DNA of 32,000 nt from Promethearchaeota archaeon (GCA_016933055.1 JAFGBS010000001.1:180001-212000), one strand, 5' to 3'. Shown: positions 17,369-26,863, counted from the stretch's first letter. A program made the numbers and translations. Notes: generated from the sequence alone by a model not told the origin.

Positions 17369-17778
17369 TGGTGTATATGATGAGTTTGGATAAAAGTTCA
17401 AAATGGGCTATTGTTAACATTTTTTCCTCTTATAATGACACAATTTTAACCGCAACGGATTTGTCGGGAGCTGAAACGATCGCACGTGTCTCAGGCGGAA
17501 TGGTGGTTAAAAGTGATCGCGATCAAGCGAAACCCTACGCAGCGATGCAATGTGGATTCAGAATTGCGCTTTTATTGAAAGATAAAGGCATAAACGGTTT
17601 GCACATAAAAGTACGAGCTCCTGGAGGTCGTCTTGCAAAAACTCCTGGACCAGGAGCACAAGCGGCGATCCGAGCGTTAGCGCGATCGGGACTTAGAATA
17701 GGAAGAATTGAAGAAGTCACTCCTATTGCGCATGATAACACCCGACGCAAAGGTGGGCGCAGAGGAAGAAGAGTATAA
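17368..17778 (+). CDS. rps11: 30S ribosomal protein uS11 (archaeal)
   Basis: [17 protein letters not shown] and [29 protein letters not shown]...GGRRGRRV. The start may instead be the ATG at 17377 or 17380. Confidence 0.97.
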   Translation: MVYMMSLDKSSKWAIVNIFSSYNDTILTATDLSGAETIARVSGGMVVKSDRDQAKPYAAMQCGFRIALLLKDKGINGLHIKVRAPGGRLAKTPGPGAQAAIRALARSGLRIGRIEEVTPIAHDNTRRKGGRRGRRV

Positions 17779-17795
17779 TTTTCATTTTTTTTTTT
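17779..17795 (+). terminator. Oligo-T terminator closing the rps13-rps4-rps11 unit
   Basis: TTTTCA followed by T11 (17785-17795) directly after the rps11 stop. Confidence 0.6.
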
Positions 17796-17878
17796 AATAA
17801 CTTTGAAAATTATTCTGATAATTCTAATTTTATAAGTGCAACCAATTTTTATAGCACTATACCTAGAACAACCCAATT

Positions 17879-19309
17879 ATGAGTACTGAGGATATTTATT
17901 TATTATATAATCCCCAATCAGTTGCGGTTATTGGGGCTTCCACAACTCCTCTAAAAGGAGGGTATCGTATTCTTGAAAATTTACTTGAAAACGGATTCCC
18001 CCCTGACAAAATATATCCAGTAAATCCAAAAATGGGTACTGCCTTGGGATTAGAATTTTACCCATCAATTGAAAAAATTCCTCACCCAGTAGATACTGCA
18101 ATTATATTTGTTCCCAATACAGCTATTCCTGAAGTTTTAGAGCAGTGTATTGAAAAAGGGATTCGAGGGGCTATTATTCAAGCTGCGGGATTTGAAGAAA
18201 TAGGATTTAATGGTTTGGAGTTAAAGCAAAAAATTCTCAAAATTACTAACAATTTCACAAAAATTCGTATAGTGGGACCGAACTGTACGGGTCTAACACG
18301 TGTAGAAACTGATAAAACGGGATTCTTTTCGGCCTTTATCCGACAATTTGGGTATCGTCGAGGAAATATTGGGGTGATCTCTCAATCGGGTATGCTTAAT
18401 GGAGGTTATTTTATCTATCTATCAACTCGTCATGGCTTGAAATTTCGTTATATTGCTTCCATAGGGAATAAAATGGATTTAACTGAGAATGATTTCCTTG
18501 AATTCTTTTTACGGGATCCGACAGTAGCTATTGTTGCATGCTATCTGGAGTCTTTTTCTGATCCGCGTCGATTTCTTGCCCTATGCAAGCAAGCTAATAG
18601 CATTGGTAAACCAGTCTATCTGTTACGAGGGGGAATCAGTAGATTAGGGAAAAAAGCCACTAGGAGTCATACCGGGGCTTTAGCAGAAAATTCCCACCTA
18701 ATAAGGGCTCTTATCAAGCAAAGTCATGTAATCCCCGCAACAAACTTTAATCAATTATTCCAATTTACACAGATGCGATCATTAATAATTGAAGCTGAAG
18801 ATATTCTTCCGTATAATCGAAATATTGCATTTATTACAGTATCTGGGGGTGCGGGAACCATTGCGACAGATTTAATAGCAAAATATCAACTCAATCTTCC
18901 AGAACTTGAAAACTCAACATATCAAAAAATGATCGACATCTACCCGGATTGGATGCCCCCCAACCACTTTAGTTTGCTTGATATCTGGCCGGCGGTGGAA
19001 AAAGCAAAGGGTAATTCAAATAAAGTGTATGAACAAGTCATTGATATCATTCTCCAAGATTCTAAGATTGAAGGATTGCTAATTTCAGTTTTCAATATTA
19101 AAGAATTTCCATTTAATACTAGGTTGTTGATAAAATTACATAATCGATACCATAAACCGATACTAGCATGGGTATTCGGTCCAGCTTCTGATATATCCCC
19201 AGTTATTCAAGATTTAAAGGATAATTGCATACCAACATTCGAAAATTTGGAGGAAATGGTTCAAAACTTCGCAAGTATATGTACCCAAAAAAATTTCATA
19301 CAAAAATAA
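17879..19309 (+). CDS. ADP-forming acetate/acyl-CoA ligase, alpha subunit (CoA-binding)
   Basis: LYNPQSVAVIGAS, IYPVNPK, RIVGPNCTG, ISQSG, SIGNKMDLTEND, the phospho-His motif SHTGALA, and TVSGGAG. Confidence 0.88.
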   Translation: MSTEDIYLLYNPQSVAVIGASTTPLKGGYRILENLLENGFPPDKIYPVNPKMGTALGLEFYPSIEKIPHPVDTAIIFVPNTAIPEVLEQCIEKGIRGAIIQAAGFEEIGFNGLELKQKILKITNNFTKIRIVGPNCTGLTRVETDKTGFFSAFIRQFGYRRGNIGVISQSGMLNGGYFIYLSTRHGLKFRYIASIGNKMDLTENDFLEFFLRDPTVAIVACYLESFSDPRRFLALCKQANSIGKPVYLLRGGISRLGKKATRSHTGALAENSHLIRALIKQSHVIPATNFNQLFQFTQMRSLIIEAEDILPYNRNIAFITVSGGAGTIATDLIAKYQLNLPELENSTYQKMIDIYPDWMPPNHFSLLDIWPAVEKAKGNSNKVYEQVIDIILQDSKIEGLLISVFNIKEFPFNTRLLIKLHNRYHKPILAWVFGPASDISPVIQDLKDNCIPTFENLEEMVQNFASICTQKNFIQK

Positions 19310-19376
19310 AAATAGGTAGATTAGTATAGAAGGTATAGAATATAGTGAGTAAATTCGCCTACTGGAGATTTATGGA

Positions 19377-20930
19377 ATGAACGATGAATTTCGTACTGGA
19401 ATTAAACGATTGAGAGATATCTATAATTATCTCACTGAAGATGAACCTACACCCGATGAAGAAGAGGAATCGAAACAAGAATTAATTTCTTTGCTTGAAA
19501 ACTTAATCATGCACATCGATCCAGATGATATCGAGGATAATCTCGAAGTAATAAAAACCACACTGCAAATGGTCAAAGAATGGGATACATTGGAATTTTG
19601 GTTTAAAGAGAAACCGGATTTGGTTACCAAAATCAAATTACTGTTAAATCGATTCCTTATCCAGCATGCAGAGCCCGAACATTCTTCACCGATGATCTCT
19701 AAGCCAAGTGCGCCTAATGGAGTTGATGAAGAATTGTCAGAACAATTAGCTGCTGCCTTGGAACGTGCTTTAAAAAACCTTCCTCCTGATGAGGATGTAA
19801 CAAAAGTTATCCAATCCGTTACCGCTAGAGTTACAGAGAACTATATGAAAACCTCCTCTTCTGATGATAATGCAATGAAATTATCCTCTGAACCCATTGT
19901 AAAAGAGTCCAACTATTCTCGACTTCAATCTGATATCAGAACTGCGAGTGGTTCGGAAGAAGCAATGACCCAAACAGCGGCAAAGGTAAAAATTAGAAAA
20001 GAAGACATAATGAAAAGCGTGTTAGAACAAGCTAAAATCAAAATCTCCCAAGCAACAGATTCAACCACAACAGCTAAGCTAAGCGCACCCAAAATAATTA
20101 TACCCAAAGTAACCCGTCCCAAGCAGAAAATTGTACCGTATATTGATCAAACCGATCAACTCACAGAATCTGAACAAAAGTATCAAGAATTAGAATCCAT
20201 TCCCCCAATACAACCACAAGAAACATCAAAACAAATTCCTAAGTTAAAAGTGGGAGCTTTTAAAAAAGATGAAACTACAACCCCAAAAATAAAAACTCAT
20301 GGCTCTGTTGTGTCACATCAACCAATTCGACCGAAAATTATTGTAAAACCTTCTATACAAACAAATGAGAGTGAACAAAAATCCCCAATTCAGGAAGTAG
20401 CCCCCCCATCCCAGTCAAAAATGACTAAACCGAAAATAAAACTTCAAGCTCTTTCCGTATCAAAACCAGCACCAGAACTTGAATCCCCAAAACCCGACAC
20501 TTTACCCCTCAAATTTAACATAGTCACACCTACAGAACCAAGTGTGAAAGATACACAAATTAATTTGTTTGAAACATTCACTAAACACAACAATAAAGAT
20601 AAAAAACAGAAAACAAAAAAAAAGACTCCTAAAAACATTGCTGAAGAAGAATCAAAACCGAGTAAATCCCTTCCTCTTGAAGAATTGGATTTTTCAGAGC
20701 AAAAAATTCCTTATGAACAAATGGATAAAACTCAATTATATCAAGAGTTAATCGCATTAGAAGGAAAAAAATATGCCATTGAAAAATCTCGAAAGGATTA
20801 TAAATCCAAACACCAAAAAGGACTAATTTCAAATGGAAATTACGCAGCTCAGCTTGATCGATTCAAATATGATTTAAATTACATCTCGAAAAAAATAAAT
20901 GAAATTCGTCAGCGTATCCAATCCCTCTAA
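19377..20930 (+). CDS. Helical N-domain, long Pro/Lys/Ser-rich disordered linker and C-terminal steadiness-box (Vps23/TSG101 core)-like domain
   Basis: C-terminal LYQELIALEGKKYAIEKSRKDYKSKHQKGLISNGNY aligns without gaps to the TSG101 SB box as recalled; PSAP at aa 110-113; GGAG upstream. The CDS is solid, the domain call is tentative. Confidence 0.6.
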   Translation: MNDEFRTGIKRLRDIYNYLTEDEPTPDEEEESKQELISLLENLIMHIDPDDIEDNLEVIKTTLQMVKEWDTLEFWFKEKPDLVTKIKLLLNRFLIQHAEPEHSSPMISKPSAPNGVDEELSEQLAAALERALKNLPPDEDVTKVIQSVTARVTENYMKTSSSDDNAMKLSSEPIVKESNYSRLQSDIRTASGSEEAMTQTAAKVKIRKEDIMKSVLEQAKIKISQATDSTTTAKLSAPKIIIPKVTRPKQKIVPYIDQTDQLTESEQKYQELESIPPIQPQETSKQIPKLKVGAFKKDETTTPKIKTHGSVVSHQPIRPKIIVKPSIQTNESEQKSPIQEVAPPSQSKMTKPKIKLQALSVSKPAPELESPKPDTLPLKFNIVTPTEPSVKDTQINLFETFTKHNNKDKKQKTKKKTPKNIAEEESKPSKSLPLEELDFSEQKIPYEQMDKTQLYQELIALEGKKYAIEKSRKDYKSKHQKGLISNGNYAAQLDRFKYDLNYISKKINEIRQRIQSL

Positions 20931-21054
20931 AATACTTTCTATCTTTCTATATGGATTGACATATTAAACTCCACTTTCTAGAATGGAAGTTTTTATATGC
21001 ATATTAGTAAACTATTTACTATAGAGAGGATTTTTCCACATAGGCGCTTTAAAA

Positions 21055-21468
21055 ATGAGCAGTAAAGACAAATTAATATCCATTCTAGATTCCGCTTTTG
21101 ATCATGGTACTCCTTTCATTGATTACACTGTAGATTATATCTATTGTTTGATCCCCACCTCAAATGCTGTAAAATGGAAAGAAATATCATACGATATATC
21201 CGGGGGTGAGTTTGAAGAAAAAGAACTCGAATCGGAACTAGGATTTGCAATGTTATGTGAAGAAATTGAAAAAGGTTTATCTATGTACATTGAAGATTTT
21301 ATGCTTTCGAAATTTAAAGAATTTAAAGAGAGTATAAAAGATAAAGACGATACGGAGAAAATAATCGAAATTATCAAAGAATTAGTAAATAATGGTTCTC
21401 AATACTCTCAAAGGTTACCTGTTATCAATAAGAAAGAAAGCTTAGACATTGTTAAAGGAAAAGTATAA
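21055..21468 (+). CDS. Hypothetical acidic protein (137 aa)
   Basis: ATG-initiated ORF with natural composition, convergent with the next gene (7-nt gap). Confidence 0.7.
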   Translation: MSSKDKLISILDSAFDHGTPFIDYTVDYIYCLIPTSNAVKWKEISYDISGGEFEEKELESELGFAMLCEEIEKGLSMYIEDFMLSKFKEFKESIKDKDDTEKIIEIIKELVNNGSQYSQRLPVINKKESLDIVKGKV

Positions 21469-21475
21469 TCATAAA

Positions 21476-21970
21476 TTAGAGAAATATATTATCCCTCTGG
21501 GGGTAATTTTTTTGCCATTTTTTCTTTACTTTTTCCCTTAGCTTTTTTTCGGAACTAGGATATTTCTCTTGAACCCGTTGTTTCAATGTTTTCATTTCCT
21601 GAGGAGCGATACGGGCAATTCCCATTGCATTTATAAGTTCCTGCTCAGAAATAGGAACTGACATCCCAAACATACTATGAAAGGTCTCGTTCTTTTTCAT
21701 CATTTTCGAAGTAGATTCAGATGCAATTTTTTGGTCCAAATCGGTAAGATCAATATTTTTCAATTCTTTACCGAACGAGATGCTCCGGTAAGGATCAATT
21801 GGCTTACTTTTAAGCCAAAATGTACTGGGCTTTTGGGAGATAATCAAATCATGATTAAACTGATCATCTACTCCACCATGTACTTGCCAGCCTTCCTTAT
21901 CTTGGTCATATTTCTTCTTAATCTTTTTGATAATAGAAGAAAGCGGTTTAATTTCAGATTCATCGGTCAT
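21476..21970 (-). CDS. Hypothetical protein (164 aa)
   Basis: ORF co-oriented downstream of purF; no recognised family. Confidence 0.7.
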   Translation of the reverse strand: MTDESEIKPLSSIIKKIKKKYDQDKEGWQVHGGVDDQFNHDLIISQKPSTFWLKSKPIDPYRSISFGKELKNIDLTDLDQKIASESTSKMMKKNETFHSMFGMSVPISEQELINAMGIARIAPQEMKTLKQRVQEKYPSSEKKLREKVKKKWQKNYPQRDNIFL

Positions 21971-22064
21971 GTTTATAACATTCTAGAATGAAATAAACAT
22001 TTTAAAGTTAGAGTGTATGAGAAAAAAGTCTCGATTTTCCATTAAAAATGCATATGTTTGACTT

Positions 22065-23615
22065 CTAATCTCGATGGCGTGATTTATTGAAAGTTGTTTC
22101 TAACGCAAGGTGATTAAGATCACTTTTTACGGGATAATCTCCGTTTAAACATGCCATACACAATCTGTCTTTTCCCAATCCAATGGATTTTACTAAGCCA
22201 TCAATAGTCTGGTATCCGAGCGAATCAGCTCCTATTGCTTGCCTAATGTCTTCGACATAGTTTTCGGAATCCCTAAGTTGCCATTTACCCGCAATTAGTT
22301 CTCCTTTTGTAGGAAAATCGATTCCCATATAACATGGTTCAATTACTGGAGGGCATGAAACTCTAACGTGCACTTTCTCAGCTCCCGCTTGTTTGAGTAA
22401 ATTAACTATGAATGCAGTGGTGGTCCCACGAACGATACTATCATCAATTAAAATTACTTCCTTGCCCGAAATTGAGGATCGAACTGGATTTAATTTCTGT
22501 CGAACCAATTCCTTACGTTTTCTTTGACCTGGTTGGATAAATGTCCTCCACACATACCTGTTTTTCATCAATCCCTCCACATATGGAATTCCGGATACTT
22601 GGGAATATCCAAGAGAAGCACTCCTTCCCGAATCTGGAACAGGTACGATTACTGCATTGTCCGAATCAACTGGATGGCTTCTTGCAAGATTCATTCCAAG
22701 TTTATGTCTCGCAGTTTCTACACTTACTCCATCTAAGTAGGAATCGGGGCGTGCAAAATACACAAATTCAAACATACAGATTGCTTTTCGATAGTGCTCG
22801 TTAGGAATTTTATCCACAACTTGGATTTTATCTGTTCCATTTGCATAGACAATTTCTCCTGGTCTAACATCTCCTAAGTGTGAAGCTCCCAAAATATCCA
22901 ATGCGCACGTTTCAGATGCAATTACATCATGCGTGCATTTATCATGCAATTCCCCGTAACAGAGGGGTTTGAATCCAGTGGGATCCCTTACTCCAAATAA
23001 CTCACCTTGTTTTGTAAGGATGATTAATGAATACGCTCCGTCGAGAAATGATGCAATATTTTTCAATCCCTCGATAAAATCATATTTTTTCGCCAACTCG
23101 GCTGCAAGGAGCTGTGCAATTACTTCTGTATCTGCATCACTGGTGAAAATTCTACCATTCTGGATCAATTGATTCTTCAATAATTGGTAATTCACGATAT
23201 TCCCATTATATGCTAAAGAAAACGAGGTGTGATTAGTTTCAAAATAGTAAGGTTGAGCATTTTCAGCTGTCGCGTTACCTGCTGTACCATAGCGTACATG
23301 GCCAATAGATACATTTCCCCAATATTTCTGTAGCACTTGGGGGGTTAAAACTTGAGACACCAAGCCCAAATCCTTATAAGTGAAAATTTGGTTTGTACCA
23401 TTTACAACTGATAATCCCGCTGCCTCTTGACCGCGATGTTGTAAAGCCATTAACCCATTATAGGTTAGTTGGGATACTTGTTTAGATGTATCATGAGCTA
23501 GGATGCCAAATATCCCGCATTTTTCTTTAAGATCATGATATTTCATGGGTAAGGAACATTGATGGGAAATTGCACATCTCAGACAGTTTGCATTGCATGC
23601 AATGGAATTGTTCAT
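22065..23615 (-). CDS. purF: Amidophosphoribosyltransferase (Fe-S, propeptide type)
   Basis: Ntn nucleophile KEKCGIFG, ALQHRGQEAAG, GHVRYGT, YNGNIVN, PRPP site IDDSIVRGTT, and Fe-S ligands ICMFE, SCPP and CMAC. The start is 23615 or 23546. Confidence 0.96.
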   Translation of the reverse strand: MNNSIACNANCLRCAISHQCSLPMKYHDLKEKCGIFGILAHDTSKQVSQLTYNGLMALQHRGQEAAGLSVVNGTNQIFTYKDLGLVSQVLTPQVLQKYWGNVSIGHVRYGTAGNATAENAQPYYFETNHTSFSLAYNGNIVNYQLLKNQLIQNGRIFTSDADTEVIAQLLAAELAKKYDFIEGLKNIASFLDGAYSLIILTKQGELFGVRDPTGFKPLCYGELHDKCTHDVIASETCALDILGASHLGDVRPGEIVYANGTDKIQVVDKIPNEHYRKAICMFEFVYFARPDSYLDGVSVETARHKLGMNLARSHPVDSDNAVIVPVPDSGRSASLGYSQVSGIPYVEGLMKNRYVWRTFIQPGQRKRKELVRQKLNPVRSSISGKEVILIDDSIVRGTTTAFIVNLLKQAGAEKVHVRVSCPPVIEPCYMGIDFPTKGELIAGKWQLRDSENYVEDIRQAIGADSLGYQTIDGLVKSIGLGKDRLCMACLNGDYPVKSDLNHLALETTFNKSRHRD

Positions 23616-23729
23616 AATTGCCAGATTTTTCGAGTTTTGAGAAAGTTAGGGATCCAGAATACTATGTGAATAAATTTTCCATACTTTTTATTATTTCATG
23701 TTTCTTAAAATGCAGTAAAAGGATATGTA

Positions 23730-24686
23730 TCATTTTAACTTTAGATTTTTCCGAATTCTTTCCAATACCTTACGGTTCTTGTCTGGTGTAAACAGTTCAT
23801 TGGTTAGGATTTCATAACTTTGAATATATCTTTCTGCTAACTCGATACGAACTTCATCTACTATTTCTGGCATTGGACCATCTCCCATATAGCCTTGTTC
23901 CATTAACCATCCACGGAAGAATTCCTTATCTAAAATATCAGGTTCTTCCCCAGCTGCAAATCGCTCTTGATAAGTATCCTTTATCCAAAACCTTGAACTA
24001 TCTTGTGTATGGATTTCATCAATCACTACAATCTCATCATCTTTGGTAGTTCCAAATTCGTATTTACAATCCACTAATATAAGATTATTTTTAGCGCTGT
24101 AGAGTTGTCCAAATTCAAATAATTTGTAGGTGTATTCCTCCAGAATTTCATATACTTCCTTTGTTACTAATCTTTTTTCTAAAATATCTTCTTTTGAAAT
24201 AGGTTCGTCATGTAATCCTTTTTCGGCTTTTGTTGAGGGAGTTATCACAGGTTCAGGTAATTTCTGGTTCTTTTTCAAGCCTTCTGGGAATCTAATTCCC
24301 GATACTCGTTCGCCTCTCTGATACGCACGCCATGCACTTCCCGTTACATAGTTTCTTATAACCATTTCAATGGGAAATGTATCACATTGATGCACAATTG
24401 CGACATTTGGATCAGGAATATCAATAAGATGGTTTGGAACTAGATTTTTTGTCTTTTTAAACCAAAACGTTGAAGTCTGGTTTAGCAATTCCCCTTTGAA
24501 GGGAATCGTTGTTATTACTCGATCAAAAGCACTTAAACGGTCGGTAGCGATGATGAATCGCATGTTTTTTTCATTATCAGTATAATTATCCCGAACTTTA
24601 CCGCGATATAAAGTACCTAATTGAGGAAAATTGGTTTCTTGTAGTGTATTGGATAAGTTCTGTTGAATATATGCTTTATCTACCAT
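23730..24686 (-). CDS. purC: SAICAR synthetase (long, Ade1-like form)
   Basis: GKVRDNY, ATDRLSAFD, ITPSTKAE, LVDCKYEFG, DEIHTQDSSRFW and LDKEFFRGWL. Confidence 0.95.
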   Translation of the reverse strand: MVDKAYIQQNLSNTLQETNFPQLGTLYRGKVRDNYTDNEKNMRFIIATDRLSAFDRVITTIPFKGELLNQTSTFWFKKTKNLVPNHLIDIPDPNVAIVHQCDTFPIEMVIRNYVTGSAWRAYQRGERVSGIRFPEGLKKNQKLPEPVITPSTKAEKGLHDEPISKEDILEKRLVTKEVYEILEEYTYKLFEFGQLYSAKNNLILVDCKYEFGTTKDDEIVVIDEIHTQDSSRFWIKDTYQERFAAGEEPDILDKEFFRGWLMEQGYMGDGPMPEIVDEVRIELAERYIQSYEILTNELFTPDKNRKVLERIRKNLKLK

Positions 24687-24761
24687 TTCACTTCTCCCCT
24701 TGTTGGATATATTCGAATGGTCTAAGTTCTTTAAAGTATTTTGTAATTTTCTATTAATATG

Positions 24762-25454
24762 TTATATTTGAAAGCACGATTGAATAATCTGTATAATTTT
24801 TTTTGAGGCATGGTGTTGGTCAACAATATAATCCGCATTTTCTATTGTATTGATTTCAAAATTGGTACGAATCCCGATGGAAATACAACCGAAGTTCCGA
24901 GCAGCTTGTATATCAAATTGCATATCCCCAATAAGGAGAGTTTCATCTGGAGAGAAACCAAACCGTTTTGCTGGAATTTCTAGATGATTCCGATGTGGCT
25001 TAGGATGTTTTACATCATCTCTTCCGTAAATTGCATCAAAATAATGAAAAAGTCCTGCTTTTTTTAAGGTAGTAACAGCGACCTCATGAGTATTAAATGT
25101 ACATACAATTTGCTTGAAATTTTGACGTTTTCCGAACTGCAATAATTCTTCCATTTCATCTACTTTAATTGCACGCAATGCTGCTTCACGTTCTACTTCC
25201 ACAATTCTCTCGTGAACTTTATCCAACACCCATCTTATTCTTTCTTCTGTGAATTTTAGATTATCTTTCATATATTTACGAGCAAGGGTGAGAGTTACTC
25301 TAGAAGGATTATTTGGTGAAAACATATCTTTTGTATTGGGAATACCTTGGTGTTCTAATTCCTCAATTGCACGTTTTCTTGCCAAAATATAGTCGATTAA
25401 AAAATGAGTCAAGGTTCCATCCATATCATAAAAGATGGCTTTCAAATGAGGCAT
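24762..25454 (-). CDS. HAD-superfamily hydrolase (phosphoglycolate-phosphatase-like)
   Basis: FYDMDGTL (motif I), CTFN, KHPKP and LIGDMQFDIQAA. Confidence 0.88.
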   Translation of the reverse strand: MPHLKAIFYDMDGTLTHFLIDYILARKRAIEELEHQGIPNTKDMFSPNNPSRVTLTLARKYMKDNLKFTEERIRWVLDKVHERIVEVEREAALRAIKVDEMEELLQFGKRQNFKQIVCTFNTHEVAVTTLKKAGLFHYFDAIYGRDDVKHPKPHRNHLEIPAKRFGFSPDETLLIGDMQFDIQAARNFGCISIGIRTNFEINTIENADYIVDQHHASKKIIQIIQSCFQI

Positions 25455-25489
25455 ATGTCATCGGAATACAGAATTTAAATAAAAAATGA

Positions 25490-25816
25490 TTAATCTTGAG
25501 GTGTTTGGATATATTCTACTTTGGTACTTCCACAAACTACTTGGTCTAAACTATGAATTGCGCAATTCAACGATTCTAATTTCCTGCGGATCAGGGGATA
25601 ATTTAAGGAACGTCCTTCAATAATCATTTTAATACTTTGGGTTTTCACATCAACCTCGTCAAGGGTTATATTAACACCAGTCACATTTCCACCTTCAAGT
25701 CTAACCAATTCTATTGCTAACATATCAATACTTGGTTCATGCGGTTTTAATACATCTAATATAATTCTTGTCAAATACACTCTTTCATCTGCATCGTCAA
25801 CACTCATTTTATTCAT
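25490..25816 (-). CDS. DUF211 (COG1888-like) family protein
   Basis: RIILDVLKPHEPS, GVNITLDEVD, IEG and AIHSLDQVVCG. The start may be the ATG at 25807. Confidence 0.85.
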   Translation of the reverse strand: MNKMSVDDADERVYLTRIILDVLKPHEPSIDMLAIELVRLEGGNVTGVNITLDEVDVKTQSIKMIIEGRSLNYPLIRRKLESLNCAIHSLDQVVCGSTKVEYIQTPQD

Positions 25817-25872
25817 GTCACTTTTTATGTCGTTTTGAATAATTTTTGGTTTTTAATACAAAAAGTTTGGGA

Positions 25873-26418
25873 TTATGAATAGTAGAGATCTTCGGGTGCT
25901 CCATCACTCTCGTCGGATGAATCCATTTTCATGGGAGGTAATTGAATTCCTTTAAATTTACCGGATAGGATTTCACTGAGAATAAGCTGCGCTGAAAGGG
26001 ATGCATAATACACTTTTCGCATACGGCGATAGAAAATATCCATAAATAATCGGTCCTCGTATATATGCTCGCTTATGATATAAGAATGATTTTTTAAATT
26101 AAAAGTAAAAAACAAATTACGATTTAGTAATAAATTTCGTAATAAATGATAGAAAAGTGGAATAAAATTCATTCCTTGTCCCTCCATCTTTTTAAAAGTA
26201 TCCAGATGCTCCGGGCTAATTTTCGTTGCAAGTTCGATAGATACATAGTGTTTGTTTTTCGGCATTAATATTAAGAGATTTTTAGGTTGTGGATGCCATG
26301 GTGGATATACTACCTTCAAAGCAAAGTGGAATTTGATATTTTTTTCCATTTTTTCCTTAAAAATTCCCTCAGCTTTACAAATTTCCAGGATTTTTGTCTC
26401 AATTTCTTGAGCTAGCAT
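25873..26418 (-). CDS. Uncharacterised archaeal protein, DUF2299-like
   Basis: F-H-F...YPP...LMPKNK..VSIELATKISPEH pattern resembles DUF2299; acidic tail. Confidence 0.55.
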   Translation of the reverse strand: MLAQEIETKILEICKAEGIFKEKMEKNIKFHFALKVVYPPWHPQPKNLLILMPKNKHYVSIELATKISPEHLDTFKKMEGQGMNFIPLFYHLLRNLLLNRNLFFTFNLKNHSYIISEHIYEDRLFMDIFYRRMRKVYYASLSAQLILSEILSGKFKGIQLPPMKMDSSDESDGAPEDLYYS

Positions 26419-26436
26419 GGGTTTTTTTATCTTCCC

Positions 26437-26814
26437 TCAATATTTACCTTTTGGTCTCTCTGAAGCTTCCATTCCCGATTCGAGTATATAATTAATTTTT
26501 TCTTCTAATTGCTCCTTAGGTGTAATAAAAATGATTTCAAAGGGATCAGTTTGAAAAAATAAATATCCAACAATTCCATAACCCATAACTTGACCAGAAT
26601 CGGAATCAACAAATGTGTGATCAATACCCATTTTAATTGCTTCCACCCTTTTACCATTATGCTCAATTTCTACAAGTGAAGGAGTACATGCAGTATACCC
26701 CATCCCTCGTTCTGCCATCAAGCGATTATTTACCATATAGTCTAATTCATCACTTAATTCCCCTGCTTCTTCTAAAACCTTAAAGATCTTTGGCTCATGC
26801 TGAGATATTGACAT
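26437..26814 (-). CDS. Hypothetical protein (125 aa)
   Basis: Tightly packed co-oriented ORF with GGAG upstream. Confidence 0.75.
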   Translation of the reverse strand: MSISQHEPKIFKVLEEAGELSDELDYMVNNRLMAERGMGYTACTPSLVEIEHNGKRVEAIKMGIDHTFVDSDSGQVMGYGIVGYLFFQTDPFEIIFITPKEQLEEKINYILESGMEASERPKGKY

Positions 26815-26863
26815 AGGAATCTCCCAATTATTATAACAGTAATTTTCCTAATTATAAATTTTC

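Noticed and set aside
16483-17876. - strand ORFs of 103, 64 and 113 aa
   Set aside because: Antisense to the ribosomal protein genes.
22524-23172. + strand ORFs of 70, 87 and 67 aa
   Set aside because: Antisense to purF. The remaining short nested ORFs in the track were rejected on the same grounds (antisense or off-frame within longer genes).
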